Of a DNA stretch of 64,000 nucleotides, positions 26,896 through 37,045 are shown piece after piece (position 1 is the first letter of the stretch; each line of letters starts with the position of its first letter). The notes under the pieces are model-generated. The model saw only the letters and a program-made list of their open reading frames with translations. It was not told the origin of the DNA and searched no databases. The DNA comes from Candidatus Aminicenantes bacterium (GTDB taxonomy: Bacteria; Acidobacteriota; Aminicenantia; Aminicenantales; Aminicenantaceae), in NCBI GenBank assembly GCA_011773465.1, contig WVXO01000060.1:34047-98046 (forward strand). Reading direction: 5' to 3'. Position numbers and translations under genes: made by a program.

Positions 26896-28284
26896 GTGGT
26901 AAAAAACATTTACAAAAAGCTCAATAACATCCACATGGTCGGCATCGGGGGTACGGGCATGAGCGGTATCGCAGAGGTGCTCTTGAACCTGGGTTACAAT
27001 ATCTCAGGAACAGATATCGAGCAGAGCGAAGTGACTCAGCGCCTCGCTCGCTTAGGAGCAAAGGTATCTATCAGTCATAAAGCAGAAAAAGTAGAGGGGG
27101 CTGATGTGGTTGTTATCTCTTCTGCCATAAAAAAGGGTAATATCGAAGTCGAAGAAGCAAGACGCCGCAAGATACCTGTTATTCCCAGGGCGGAAATGCT
27201 GGCAGAGCTGATGCGGATGAAATACGGAATCGCTGTAGCAGGATCCCACGGCAAAACATCTGCTACATGTATGATCGCTCAGGTCCTCGAATTGGGCGGC
27301 TTTGACCCGACCATTATCGTGGGCGGCCGTCTTAGCACAGTCGGTGGCCACGGAAAACTGGGAGATGGGGATTTCATCGTAGCCGAAGCGGATGAAAGCG
27401 ACCGATCCTTCCTGTATTTATCTCCTTTTATCGCAGTGCTCACCAACCTTGACGATGAACATTTAGACCAATACACGACAGTGGATGAAGTCAAAAAAGC
27501 ATTTATATATTTTGCCAACAAAGTTCCGTTTTATTGCCCTATAGTCCTCTGCCTTGACGACTCAAACCTTAACGATTTGATTCCATCGCTTGATCGAAGA
27601 ATAATTAACTATGGCTTCTCCCCTTACGCCGATATCTTTGCTAGATACAGACACTTTGATAAATTCTCGACTTCTTCGACACTCTACTGGAAGGGCAAGG
27701 AATTGGGGAAACTAAAGCTCAACGTTCCCGGGAACCACAATATTTACAACGCGATGGCCGCAGTGGCCATTGGGTTGGATTTAGATATCCCCCCGCGCAT
27801 TATTCTGCAGTCTCTGGAGAGCTATAAAGGTGCCGGCCGCCGTTTTGAACTAAAGAAAGAAGTCAATGATATCATGATCATCGAGGATTATGCCCATCAC
27901 CCAACAGAAATAATAGCCACCTTAGAGGCGGCCAGGAGAGGCTGGAAACGAAGGCGTGTTGTAGTCTTCCAGCCCCATCGCTTCTCCCGCCTCTCTATTC
28001 TGATGAAAAGCTTTGCCTCATGTTTCACCGACGCAGATGTTCTTATCATCACAGAAATATATGCGGCAGGAGAAAAACCCATTGCCGGTGTCTCCGGCAA
28101 AGTGCTCTTTCGGGAAATCGAAAAGTCCGGGCATAAAAATGTCTTTTTTGAACCTGATATGAAAAATATCCCCTCTCTCGTGGGCGAGGTTGCTCAGAGT
28201 GGGGATTTTATTTTTGTCCTGGGAGCGGGAAACATCTATCAGATTATTCCGGATATTATAAAAACCCTGGAGGAAAGAGGATAA
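26896..28284 (+). CDS. murC: UDP-N-acetylmuramate:L-alanine ligase
   Basis: GIGGTGMSGIAEVL and GSHGKTS motifs. GTG start; the ATG 13 codons downstream is an alternative. Confidence 0.9.
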   Translation: MVKNIYKKLNNIHMVGIGGTGMSGIAEVLLNLGYNISGTDIEQSEVTQRLARLGAKVSISHKAEKVEGADVVVISSAIKKGNIEVEEARRRKIPVIPRAEMLAELMRMKYGIAVAGSHGKTSATCMIAQVLELGGFDPTIIVGGRLSTVGGHGKLGDGDFIVAEADESDRSFLYLSPFIAVLTNLDDEHLDQYTTVDEVKKAFIYFANKVPFYCPIVLCLDDSNLNDLIPSLDRRIINYGFSPYADIFARYRHFDKFSTSSTLYWKGKELGKLKLNVPGNHNIYNAMAAVAIGLDLDIPPRIILQSLESYKGAGRRFELKKEVNDIMIIEDYAHHPTEIIATLEAARRGWKRRRVVVFQPHRFSRLSILMKSFASCFTDADVLIITEIYAAGEKPIAGVSGKVLFREIEKSGHKNVFFEPDMKNIPSLVGEVAQSGDFIFVLGAGNIYQIIPDIIKTLEERG

Positions 28285-28286
28285 CA

Positions 28287-29156
28287 GTGGCTTCTCACCT
28301 TAGTCCGCCTTTGAAGACAAGAGCAGAGCCCTTCTTTTCTCAACATATGCAGTTCCAACGACGAAAAGGAAAAACAAAAACCAAAAAAGTCCAGAGAAAA
28401 GCGAAGCTCAAATTCAAGCATATATTTTTCTATCTCCTTCTTATAGGTGGAATTTTCTATTCCGTCAAGATATCTTACCTTTTCCTGATTTCATGGGATA
28501 ATCTGGAAGTAAAAGATATGATAATTGTTTGCCGCAATCCAGAGGTAAAAGAGGATATTCAACAAAATTTAGAGAATATAAACTTGGGAAATATTCTTCT
28601 CTTCGATATCGGGCATCTTCAGAAGGCGTTGGCAGCTCACAGATGGGTTAAAGAGGTCCGGATAAGAAAAATTTTACCCTCTACTCTAAAGATCGAAATC
28701 AAAATTAGAACGCCTCTCGCTCTGTTGAAAAGAGAAAATCTTTACCTTATAGACGAAGAAGGTATTCATCTCGAGAGAATCGAGTCAAGAGAAAAGTTAG
28801 ATCTTCCCCTTCTCGTCGATTCGAATAATTTTAAAAAAGATTATAAGGAAAAACTAGAATTAGCCTGGGAATGTCTTCGGAGCTTATCTCCTTCCGAAAA
28901 AGAGCAGCTTGACGTTCTGGATTTGAGTGAATACGAAAATATTACTGTTCAACTTAAAAAGAAAAAGACAAAGCTTATTCTTGGCAATGATCAGTTTTCC
29001 CAGAAGCTCAAAGAGTTCCAAAAATACAGCACTAGATTAGGTAAGTTCGGAAGCCTTGAGTATGCTGACCTCCGCTTCCCTGACCGGTTCATCATCAAAC
29101 CCAGGAAAAACCCGTACCAGTCAGTCATTCCCAAGTCTAAGAGGGAGGCAAACTGA
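28287..29156 (+). CDS. ftsQ: Cell division protein FtsQ (POTRA domain)
   Basis: Basic N-terminus, one TM helix and a POTRA-like segment, in the canonical position before ftsA. The start is uncertain (GTG at 28287 or ATG at 28347). Confidence 0.75.
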   Translation: MASHLSPPLKTRAEPFFSQHMQFQRRKGKTKTKKVQRKAKLKFKHIFFYLLLIGGIFYSVKISYLFLISWDNLEVKDMIIVCRNPEVKEDIQQNLENINLGNILLFDIGHLQKALAAHRWVKEVRIRKILPSTLKIEIKIRTPLALLKRENLYLIDEEGIHLERIESREKLDLPLLVDSNNFKKDYKEKLELAWECLRSLSPSEKEQLDVLDLSEYENITVQLKKKKTKLILGNDQFSQKLKEFQKYSTRLGKFGSLEYADLRFPDRFIIKPRKNPYQSVIPKSKREAN

Positions 29157-30379
29157 TGCCTAAAAATAATTGTATTGTCGGGCTTGACATAGGGACAAAA
29201 AAAACTGCAGCCATTATCGGTGAAATCACAGAGGATAATAAAATCGAGATTATAGGCATAGGCACAACCGACTCCAGAGGGCTAAGAAAAGGAGTAGTGG
29301 TCAACTTGGAAGCCACGGTGAATGCGATCAAAAAGGCCCAGGAGGAGGCAGAGCTTATGGCAGGAGTCGAAATAGATAGGGCCTTTGTTGGAATTTCTGG
29401 CGCTCATATAAAAAGTTTCAACAGCAGAGGAGTTATCGCAGTCTCGGGTAAAAACAAAGAGATCACCCCGGAGGACATTGAACGCGTTATCGACCAGTCC
29501 AAGGCTGTGTCCATCCCCCCCGATAGAGAAATCATCCATATTATTCCTCAAGAATTTGTGGTCGATGAGCAAGATGGAATAAAAGACCCGCTCGGCATGA
29601 GCGGAATCAAACTCGAAGTCAATGTTCACATCGTAACCAGTGCGACGACTTCTGTTCAAAACCTGAAAACATGCATCGAAAGAGCTGGAATTGAAATCGA
29701 GCGGATTGTTCTCAACCAGATCGCAGCCAGCAACTCTACCCTTACGCATGACGAAATGGAGCTTGGAGTAGGCATGATCGATATGGGAGGAGGAACAACA
29801 GAAGTGGCCATTTTTGAGCGAGGAAGCCTCTGGTACACATCCATAATCCCGATCGGAGGAGATAATTTCACCAATGACATCGCTGTCGGACTCCGGACAC
29901 CAATCCCTGAAGCAGAAAAGATAAAGAAAAAATTTGGCTGTGTATCCAGTCCCATGTTGGACGAGCAGGATACTATTGAAGTCCCCTCAGTAGGCAGAGG
30001 GAAAAAGCCTCGTATACTTTCCAGGCAGTTATTGGCTGATATCATTCAACCCCGAGCAGAGGAAATCTTCCGTTTGGTCGATAATGATATCAAAAGGATG
30101 GGATACGAGAAATCTCTTAATTCTGGAATAGTCCTCACAGGAGGAACAGCGCTGCTGGAAGGACTGGAAGAAGTTGCAGAGGAAATTTTTGATTTGCCTG
30201 TGCGGCGCGGCGATCCAAGCGGCATAGGAGGGTTGGCAGAGAGAGTCAACACCCCAGACTATGCCGCATCGGTTGGTCTTATCCTGTTCGGGTATGACCA
30301 GTGGACAGAAAAAACCCTATCCAAGGATAGGAAAAGAAGTCTTTGGGTCAAATTTAAGGATTGGCTTAAGGAGGCATAG
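29156..30379 (+). CDS. ftsA: Cell division protein FtsA
   Basis: Actin-fold motifs GLDIGTKKTAA and DMGGGTTEVA, with a C-terminal amphipathic tail. Confidence 0.95.
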   Translation: MPKNNCIVGLDIGTKKTAAIIGEITEDNKIEIIGIGTTDSRGLRKGVVVNLEATVNAIKKAQEEAELMAGVEIDRAFVGISGAHIKSFNSRGVIAVSGKNKEITPEDIERVIDQSKAVSIPPDREIIHIIPQEFVVDEQDGIKDPLGMSGIKLEVNVHIVTSATTSVQNLKTCIERAGIEIERIVLNQIAASNSTLTHDEMELGVGMIDMGGGTTEVAIFERGSLWYTSIIPIGGDNFTNDIAVGLRTPIPEAEKIKKKFGCVSSPMLDEQDTIEVPSVGRGKKPRILSRQLLADIIQPRAEEIFRLVDNDIKRMGYEKSLNSGIVLTGGTALLEGLEEVAEEIFDLPVRRGDPSGIGGLAERVNTPDYAASVGLILFGYDQWTEKTLSKDRKRSLWVKFKDWLKEA

Positions 30380-30388
30380 GAGGTAAGA

Positions 30389-31600
30389 ATGAGTGAAGGA
30401 GTAAAAAGTAAATTAAAATTTCGCTTAGTAGAAGAACGCTATGGGGCCAAAATAAAAGTTGTTGGGATCGGTGGAGGCGGCGGAAATGCCATAAACAGGA
30501 TGATTGAAGCAGGAATCGAAGAGGTGAAATTTATCACAGTCAATACAGATCTTCAAGCTCTCAACAGCACCAGGGCAAGGACAAAGGTCCAGATCGGAGA
30601 GCAACTTACAAAAGGGCTGGGATCTGGCGGAAGGCCAGATATCGGAAAACAAGCAGCCATGGAAGATACGGAAAAATTAGTCAATATCCTTGAAGACTCA
30701 GATATGGTCTTTCTGACCGCTGGCTTGGGAGGAGGCACAGGAACAGGAGCGACTCCGATCCTGGCAAACCTCGCCTCAGAAATGGGCATCTTGGTGATTG
30801 CGATAGTAACCCTGCCCTTTCAGTTTGAAGGAAAAATCAGAGCTAAGCAAGCAGAAGAAGGTCTAACCGAGTTAAAAACCGCAGTTGACACAGTTATCTC
30901 CATACCGAATGAAAGGCTGTTGGAGACAGTTACGCTGGATACTTCTATCCAGGACGCCTTTAAAATGGCAGACGACATCTTACGGCAGGCAGCTCAGGGA
31001 ATTTCTGATCTCATTACCAAGCCAGGGCTGATCAATCTGGACTTTGCTGATGTCAAATCAATCATGAAAGGCATGGGTATGGCCTTCATGGGGACAGGAT
31101 TAGCATCCGGAGAGAACAGAGCCATAGATGCTGCCCAAAAAGCTATATCAAGTCCTCTTCTGGTTGATACATCGATCGAGGGAGCTCAAGGAGTCCTGAT
31201 CAATATTACCGGCGGCAAAGACCTCACTCTTCACGAAGTCTCCAAAGCCTCGCAGCTTATCCACAGCCAGGCTCATCCGGAAGCCAATATCATTTTTGGC
31301 ACGGTAATCGATGAAAGCATGAAAGAAATGGCTAAAGTGACTGTCATCGCCACGGGCTTTGGGCTGGCACCGCGGAGGAGAGAAATTGCACCTCAACCAG
31401 ACCTCTCTTCTGTTGCCCAAGAAACTCCACCCCCCAATGCAAAAAGTGATACACCTCCTTATTTATTCGAGCCAAAGGGAACCGAGGTTCTCTGGAACAG
31501 ACCAGCTTGGGAAAAGCAATGGGAACCCTATGAGACGCCCTCTTTCATCAGGAAAAACAAACAAACGCCAATGAGGAAAATCCCTCGTGAAGTCAGCTGA
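30389..31600 (+). CDS. ftsZ: Cell division GTPase FtsZ
   Basis: Tubulin signature [12 protein letters not shown] and GIGGGGGNA, with a conserved C-terminal peptide. Confidence 0.97.
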   Translation: MSEGVKSKLKFRLVEERYGAKIKVVGIGGGGGNAINRMIEAGIEEVKFITVNTDLQALNSTRARTKVQIGEQLTKGLGSGGRPDIGKQAAMEDTEKLVNILEDSDMVFLTAGLGGGTGTGATPILANLASEMGILVIAIVTLPFQFEGKIRAKQAEEGLTELKTAVDTVISIPNERLLETVTLDTSIQDAFKMADDILRQAAQGISDLITKPGLINLDFADVKSIMKGMGMAFMGTGLASGENRAIDAAQKAISSPLLVDTSIEGAQGVLINITGGKDLTLHEVSKASQLIHSQAHPEANIIFGTVIDESMKEMAKVTVIATGFGLAPRRREIAPQPDLSSVAQETPPPNAKSDTPPYLFEPKGTEVLWNRPAWEKQWEPYETPSFIRKNKQTPMRKIPREVS

Positions 31601-32876
31601 TCTTGCAGTTGTCAACTGCGAACAACTTCTCACCTGCAGGGGGCAGATACCTAAGAGAGCTGTCGCCCTGCAAGATGTCGGGCTTCTGGAGAAAGCCTGC
31701 ATTGCTTCTTATAAAGGAAAGATTATTTTTTTGGGAGAGGAGAAAAAATTCAAAAAAGAAGTTCGATTGGAAGAAGATGGCACATATATCGATGGAACTA
31801 GTCTGATTGCACTTCCGGGCTTTGTTGACTCTCACACACACCTCCCTTTTGCTGGGACAAGGGAGGAAGAACTTGTTCTCCGTCTTAAAGGCTACTCGTA
31901 CCAGGAGTTGGCAAAAAAAGGCCTAGGAATTCAGACAACAGTAAAAGCAACCCGTCAAGCTTCCAAGAAGGATCTCCTCTCCCTCTCTCTTAATCGCCTC
32001 GATGGTATGCTTCTTTTGGGAACTACGACTGCCGAAGCCAAGAGCGGCTACGGCTTGAACCTTAAAGACGAGATAAAGCAACTTGAAACGCTCGAAGAGC
32101 TAAACAGAGTCCATCCCATCGATATCGTTCCCACTTTCATGGGCGCCCATGAAATCCCAGAAGAATACAAATCCAGAAAAAACGATTACATCGAACTTCT
32201 CATCGATAAAATTTTACCTGAAGTAAAAGAAAAAAATTTGGCCGAGTTCTTTGATGTCTTCTGTGAGGAAGGAGTCTTCTCTGTTGAAGAGACAAGAAAA
32301 TTAGTTAAAGCTGCTAAAGCAGCTGGATTAAAAATCAAAATCCATGCCGATGAATTCTCATCCCTAGGAGGAGCGAAGCTTGCCGCAGAAGAGAAAGCCA
32401 CATCTGCTGACCATCTCATCAACATAACTGAGGAAGGAATCAAGGAACTCGCGAAAAGCCAAACTGCCGCTACCCTGCTCCCTGCAGTCTCTTTTTTCCT
32501 CATGCATGAGAAAAAAGCACCAGCGCGAAAGCTCATCGAACAAGGAGCGATCGTTGCTCTGGCTACGGATTTTAATCCAGGAAGCTCGATGACAGAATCC
32601 ATGCTTTTTGTCCTCCAGCTTGCCGTTTTTTCCCTGAAGATGAGCATAGAAGAGGCCATCAATGCCGCGACGGCAAATGCTGCCTATGCTCTTGCTAAAC
32701 ATGAGGAAGTGGGAAGTCTTGGAGTCGGGAAAAAAATGGATGTTGTTTTATGGGATGTTCCCAATTATCCCACCCTTGTCTATCACTTGGGCATTAATCC
32801 TTTAAAACATATCATAAAGAACGGGAAAATTGTGGTCCAGGATGGGACCATTGTAGTTCAAGAGGGAAAAGTTTGA
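31587..32876 (+). CDS. hutI: Imidazolonepropionase
   Basis: [37 protein letters not shown] and ATDFNPGS motifs of HutI amidohydrolases. The GTG start overlaps the ftsZ end by 14 nt. Confidence 0.85.
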   Translation: MKSADLAVVNCEQLLTCRGQIPKRAVALQDVGLLEKACIASYKGKIIFLGEEKKFKKEVRLEEDGTYIDGTSLIALPGFVDSHTHLPFAGTREEELVLRLKGYSYQELAKKGLGIQTTVKATRQASKKDLLSLSLNRLDGMLLLGTTTAEAKSGYGLNLKDEIKQLETLEELNRVHPIDIVPTFMGAHEIPEEYKSRKNDYIELLIDKILPEVKEKNLAEFFDVFCEEGVFSVEETRKLVKAAKAAGLKIKIHADEFSSLGGAKLAAEEKATSADHLINITEEGIKELAKSQTAATLLPAVSFFLMHEKKAPARKLIEQGAIVALATDFNPGSSMTESMLFVLQLAVFSLKMSIEEAINAATANAAYALAKHEEVGSLGVGKKMDVVLWDVPNYPTLVYHLGINPLKHIIKNGKIVVQDGTIVVQEGKV

Positions 32877-32924
32877 AAGAAGAATTGAAACTCCTTTTCC
32901 TCAACCTCCTTCTTTTACATACCT

Positions 32925-33063
32925 GGGGTCAGGCCTTGCTATTGGAGAGAAAAACTTTTAGCCATCGACTTTTCAAGCTTCATTTAGATAAGGTCTGACC
33001 CCACTCTCCCCTATTCCCTTCTTTTTTCCTTACAACCTCATCTGTATATACTTATCAATGAGG
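32925..33063 (+). repeat. Copy 1 of a 139-nt repeat (78-bp family C-like TIR core plus a 61-nt tail)
   Basis: GGGGTCAGGCCTT...AAGGTCTGACCCC core at 32925-33002. By manual alignment, the whole 139 nt matches 48148-48296 with about six mismatches. Confidence 0.9.
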
Positions 33064-33155
33064 TGACGGTGATAAGCTTGAATTCAAACATAAGATATGA
33101 TATGCAAATAATAGAAGATAACAAATTAAAAATATTTAAATAATAAGTATTATCC

Positions 33156-34427
33156 ATGATTCCCATAGAGAATTTGGCGAGGTTAACATCTAAAATTTCA
33201 GCCCCATTCTTAGATCGAACACTCAAAGCTCTGTCCTCAAATAAAAAAATTAATAATTTTTTAAAGAGATTAGAAATTCAACACCTTCACAAAATATATA
33301 AGCCAAAAAGAGTATTAATTATTCCTGATATCAACATTGGTGATGCAATTATCACCCAATCGTTCATATCTCCACTAAAGTATTATTTTCCAGACATGGA
33401 AATCAGTTATGTCTATCAACGCAAAGCTTATCCTCTAATTAAAGAAAATCCTAATATAGATAGACATTTTCCGTTGTTCAGAAATCTCGGCTATCCTTCT
33501 AAAAGAGATCGCAAAATTTTAGAAAACGTAATTGAAAGATATGATTTCGACATAATCTTTAATTTTTGCCCTTATTTCCCTGCTAACAATTTTAAATCCG
33601 CCAATTCACCAGTTATCAATCCAATAAGATTTATAGCTAATATTATTCGGGATTACGCTTCAGATGGCCGCAAAGCTCAGATTGCTTTTCAAATGAATAA
33701 ATTCGCTAAAGAATTGATAGAGGAATTTCCTTCTGATATTAAACCTAAAAATAAACCAAAGACAAAATTTTCCGAAAATCATCTTTTTACAACTCAACAA
33801 CTTTACAAAAAAACAAGAAAAATAATGGATAAATTAAACATAAATCCGCATGCGAGAAAGATTCTGTTTAATCCCGATACTGCTTCCCCTTACACATTAA
33901 TTCCCCTTAAATTTCAATTAGAACTGTTAAAAGGAATTTTATCAAACAACAAGCTTACCCTTCTTCTGAATTGTGGATTTATTTTTAAAGGCATTGAAAA
34001 AAAGCTTCTCAATGGAATTCCCTCATCTCTTCGGAAAAAAATTGTTGTCATTCCCAGGGATATACCCATCGATGTCTATGCTGCCTTAATCGATAATTCT
34101 AATATGTTTATCACTGGAGATACAGGCCCTTTACATATTGCTGCAGCAAAAAAAATTATTGTGAATTCTGATAACCATTTTAGAAATTCTACTGCCGTGA
34201 TTGGAATATTTGGAGCAACAAGTGCAAAAATCTATGGCTATGATTCTTTTTCCGATGAATATTTATCAGCATCGCAAACTGCTCCCTCAAAGGCATTTGA
34301 AGCGTTTCCAGCCTGTAAAAATCTTACATGTATCGATAAGATATTTAAAAAGTGCCCGAAAGTGAGGTGTTTTGATGGGTTGGAATCTGAACAAGTTATT
34401 GACTACGTCCAAAATTATTTATCTTAA
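33156..34427 (+). CDS. Glycosyltransferase family 9 (heptosyltransferase-like)
   Basis: INIGDAIITQSFISPLK near the N-terminus and GDTGPLHIAAA near the C-terminus, as in GT9 enzymes. The gene is very AT-rich. Confidence 0.65.
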   Translation: MIPIENLARLTSKISAPFLDRTLKALSSNKKINNFLKRLEIQHLHKIYKPKRVLIIPDINIGDAIITQSFISPLKYYFPDMEISYVYQRKAYPLIKENPNIDRHFPLFRNLGYPSKRDRKILENVIERYDFDIIFNFCPYFPANNFKSANSPVINPIRFIANIIRDYASDGRKAQIAFQMNKFAKELIEEFPSDIKPKNKPKTKFSENHLFTTQQLYKKTRKIMDKLNINPHARKILFNPDTASPYTLIPLKFQLELLKGILSNNKLTLLLNCGFIFKGIEKKLLNGIPSSLRKKIVVIPRDIPIDVYAALIDNSNMFITGDTGPLHIAAAKKIIVNSDNHFRNSTAVIGIFGATSAKIYGYDSFSDEYLSASQTAPSKAFEAFPACKNLTCIDKIFKKCPKVRCFDGLESEQVIDYVQNYLS

Positions 34428-34453
34428 GAGCTTTAGCTCACCCAAGAAATTCA

Positions 34454-35086
34454 TCATTTATTTTTTCTGAGGCCTTCTAATACATAATAAAAAATTGGCA
34501 GAATAAGGAGGAAAATGGTCAGGAAAATTGTTCTACCTTTTCCAAATTGTTCAATAAATTCATAAAGCTCATCAAACCATAATGTCCAGGAGATGATCCC
34601 AACCCACATCGAAGGGATAGTTATTAAAAACGTTTCTCTGGTATTGTATCCCTCTAAATGGGCGATATAGGAACCTATAACCGCTCCTGTCCAGGGCAAA
34701 GGTATCCACACAAAAAGAGAAAGGCCGAACCAATTCCATTTTTTAAATAGTCGCTTTTTATTTTTGGCCTTATTCTTTATAGATTCAATATAATTTCTGA
34801 TAAATTTTAATTTCTTAACTCGTTCATAGAAAAAAATAAAAATTGAATACATCAGTAAAAGATAGGTGGTATTGTAAAAGATTATGATGGGAATGATGAG
34901 ATAAGAAGAAAGCCCGTTTTCAAGCCCAACCGCGACGAAAGCAAGTCTTCCCCCCAGATGATTAGCTGCCACCATTGACAAAATTTTTGTGGCAAAAGAA
35001 GAGTTCACGATCAGCCAAAAAGTAAAAAAGACAAGCTCAATTCCCAGAAGTGCAATCCCCACTATGATAGTCGCTTGCTTTTTCAT
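34454..35086 (-). CDS. Integral membrane protein, hypothetical (possibly COG2426 / small-export-like)
   Basis: Five or six predicted TM helices with a basic central loop. AT-rich. The family assignment is uncertain. Confidence 0.5.
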   Translation of the reverse strand: MKKQATIIVGIALLGIELVFFTFWLIVNSSFATKILSMVAANHLGGRLAFVAVGLENGLSSYLIIPIIIFYNTTYLLLMYSIFIFFYERVKKLKFIRNYIESIKNKAKNKKRLFKKWNWFGLSLFVWIPLPWTGAVIGSYIAHLEGYNTRETFLITIPSMWVGIISWTLWFDELYEFIEQFGKGRTIFLTIFLLILPIFYYVLEGLRKNK

Positions 35087-35150
35087 CTAAATAACGGAAA
35101 AAATATTATTAGCTTTAAAACTTAACGAATCTGAAAGATGCAAAACAAAG

Positions 35151-36848
35151 TTAATCCATATAACCCAAGCTGCGCAGCTTCTTCTTTATTTTTTTCTCTT
35201 CCTTAGAATTTTGGACAATCCTTGAAGAGCTTCCTTTCAGGGCTTCATGGATTATATAAGATAAATATTCTTCGCCGGATTGGAATTCGGTATCCTCGAT
35301 TCTCCTCTTAATCTCCTTCATTATTCCCTCAGGCAATTCTAAGGTAACTTTTTCTTTCTTAGTTGACTGTTTTTCATTTTTTTCATTTTTCATATCTGAA
35401 AATTCCCCTTTGACCAAATTATCATCATCTAATCTTCCTCTTTTTCTTAATCTGAAAATGCCTCCCTTGATAAAATCTTTCTGTTTTTTGCTGTTTAAAC
35501 TTTTTATTAAATCATTAAGTTCTTTTTTCATTTCATCAGCTATAATTTTGCTCTCAACAGCGATATTAACCTTTTCTTCGGGATCAACCTCTAGATTATA
35601 TAACTCCTTTTCTCCCCCGTGTACCTGCTGGCAATAATTGCACATGCCAACACCATCAGGGCTAAAAATATACTTAAATTTTTTTGTTCTAATGCCAATC
35701 TTTCTCTGCACATATGATTCCTCATTGAATGCGTAATGACGTATTTCAGTTTTCTTTCCTCTAATCAAAGGCATCAAACTAGCTCCATCTAATCCATAAT
35801 CTTTGTATTTGATATTCAAGAGCTCATATAGAGTCGGCGCTAAATCTATGTGCTGGATTAACCCTTTCACTCTTCTCGGCCCAGAAAAGGCTTTAGGATA
35901 ATTAAGGATCAAAGGGACATGTGTAGTCACATCATAAAGACCGTGATGATCAAAAAAAATATCGTGCTCTATCAAACTCTCCCCATGGTCTGAAGTAATA
36001 ATAATCAGCGTGTCTTCCAGAAATCTTTCTTCTCTTAACACATCGAATAATCTGCCGATTTGCTGGTCAACATATCTCACCGCTCCATTGTATTTTGATA
36101 TGAATACTTCCTTGGAAGTCATGTGGCGCTTTTTCTTTTCAAAAAAATTTCTGGGACAGTTGTACGGGGTGTGTGTATCCCAATAATGGAGAAAAAGAAA
36201 AAAGTTTTCTTTTCTTGGCCTTTTGATCAATTCCTTGGCGAGCTCTGTAACTAAACGCGCATCCTGAATTCTTGCCAGCTTAAAAGAAAATAAAAATGTT
36301 CGAAATATGTCTTTTAATCCTTTCCACAAAGCGGGTGCGGTAAAACCTCTCTTTTTTGAGTAAATTCTTAGTAATCCAAGATGGGCAACTATATATTTTA
36401 AATGGACATAGGGAAGAGTAAAAATATAATAAATGAGCTTTCTTAATAAATTTCTTTTTGGGGTATAACCATAATAATCAAATCCTCTTTTAAACCATCT
36501 AGCCATCCAATCAACTGCGAGGGTCTCATATCCGTTCTCCTGCAAAACCTGAGATAGCAATCTTACATTCAAGGTCTCAAACGCGTTTAGATCTTCAGGT
36601 TTTACCTTATAACCGTGGTGGACAATCCCGTGGGTTCTTGGATATCTTCCCGAAAGAATAGCAGTTAAACTTTGATCTGTCGTATTCCAGCTACAATAGA
36701 CATTTTCAAAAAGAACACCTTTATCCGCAATTTTATCGATGTTTGGACTTGAATCCCTATCTCTTCCGTAGCAACCTAAATTTCTTGCACGAAGAGCATC
36801 GACGACAATCAGAATGATATTCGGATATCTATGCTTATTTTTTTCCAC
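35151..36848 (-). CDS. Sulfatase-like (alkaline-phosphatase superfamily) hydrolase/transferase with a C-terminal extension
   Basis: PNIILIVVDALRARNLGCYG metal-site N-terminus and SDHGE. TTDQS replaces the C/S-x-P-x-R formylglycine motif. The C-terminal ~110 aa is charged, with an RHH-like segment and an LRSLGY end. Confidence 0.7.
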   Translation of the reverse strand: MEKNKHRYPNIILIVVDALRARNLGCYGRDRDSSPNIDKIADKGVLFENVYCSWNTTDQSLTAILSGRYPRTHGIVHHGYKVKPEDLNAFETLNVRLLSQVLQENGYETLAVDWMARWFKRGFDYYGYTPKRNLLRKLIYYIFTLPYVHLKYIVAHLGLLRIYSKKRGFTAPALWKGLKDIFRTFLFSFKLARIQDARLVTELAKELIKRPRKENFFLFLHYWDTHTPYNCPRNFFEKKKRHMTSKEVFISKYNGAVRYVDQQIGRLFDVLREERFLEDTLIIITSDHGESLIEHDIFFDHHGLYDVTTHVPLILNYPKAFSGPRRVKGLIQHIDLAPTLYELLNIKYKDYGLDGASLMPLIRGKKTEIRHYAFNEESYVQRKIGIRTKKFKYIFSPDGVGMCNYCQQVHGGEKELYNLEVDPEEKVNIAVESKIIADEMKKELNDLIKSLNSKKQKDFIKGGIFRLRKRGRLDDDNLVKGEFSDMKNEKNEKQSTKKEKVTLELPEGIMKEIKRRIEDTEFQSGEEYLSYIIHEALKGSSSRIVQNSKEEKKIKKKLRSLGYMD

Positions 36849-37045
36849 TGTATCTATACGTAAGAGATATATATTTATTTTCTTGGCGAGTAATGAATAT
36901 TAGCATTTTTACATTATTCCACTTCATTTGCTTTTTAGAACTTATAACAAGGGAAAGTAGCTAAGTCAAATGATGGAGCAAGTTATACTTAAAAAATGCA
37001 GGAGATAATGCTTGGTAATTTAAATTTCAGAAACATCCTATATTT

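Noticed and set aside
31587-31600. ftsZ-hutI overlap as a possible gene fusion or frameshift site
   Set aside because: FtsZ ends with its normal conserved C-terminal peptide and a TGA. hutI is in a different frame with its own GTG. A simple 14-nt overlap is sufficient to explain it.
33038-33226. 62-aa minus-strand ORF overlapping the start of the GT9 gene
   Set aside because: It begins in the tail of the 139-nt repeat and runs antisense to the GT9 start in extremely AT-rich sequence. It has no Shine-Dalgarno and no motif.
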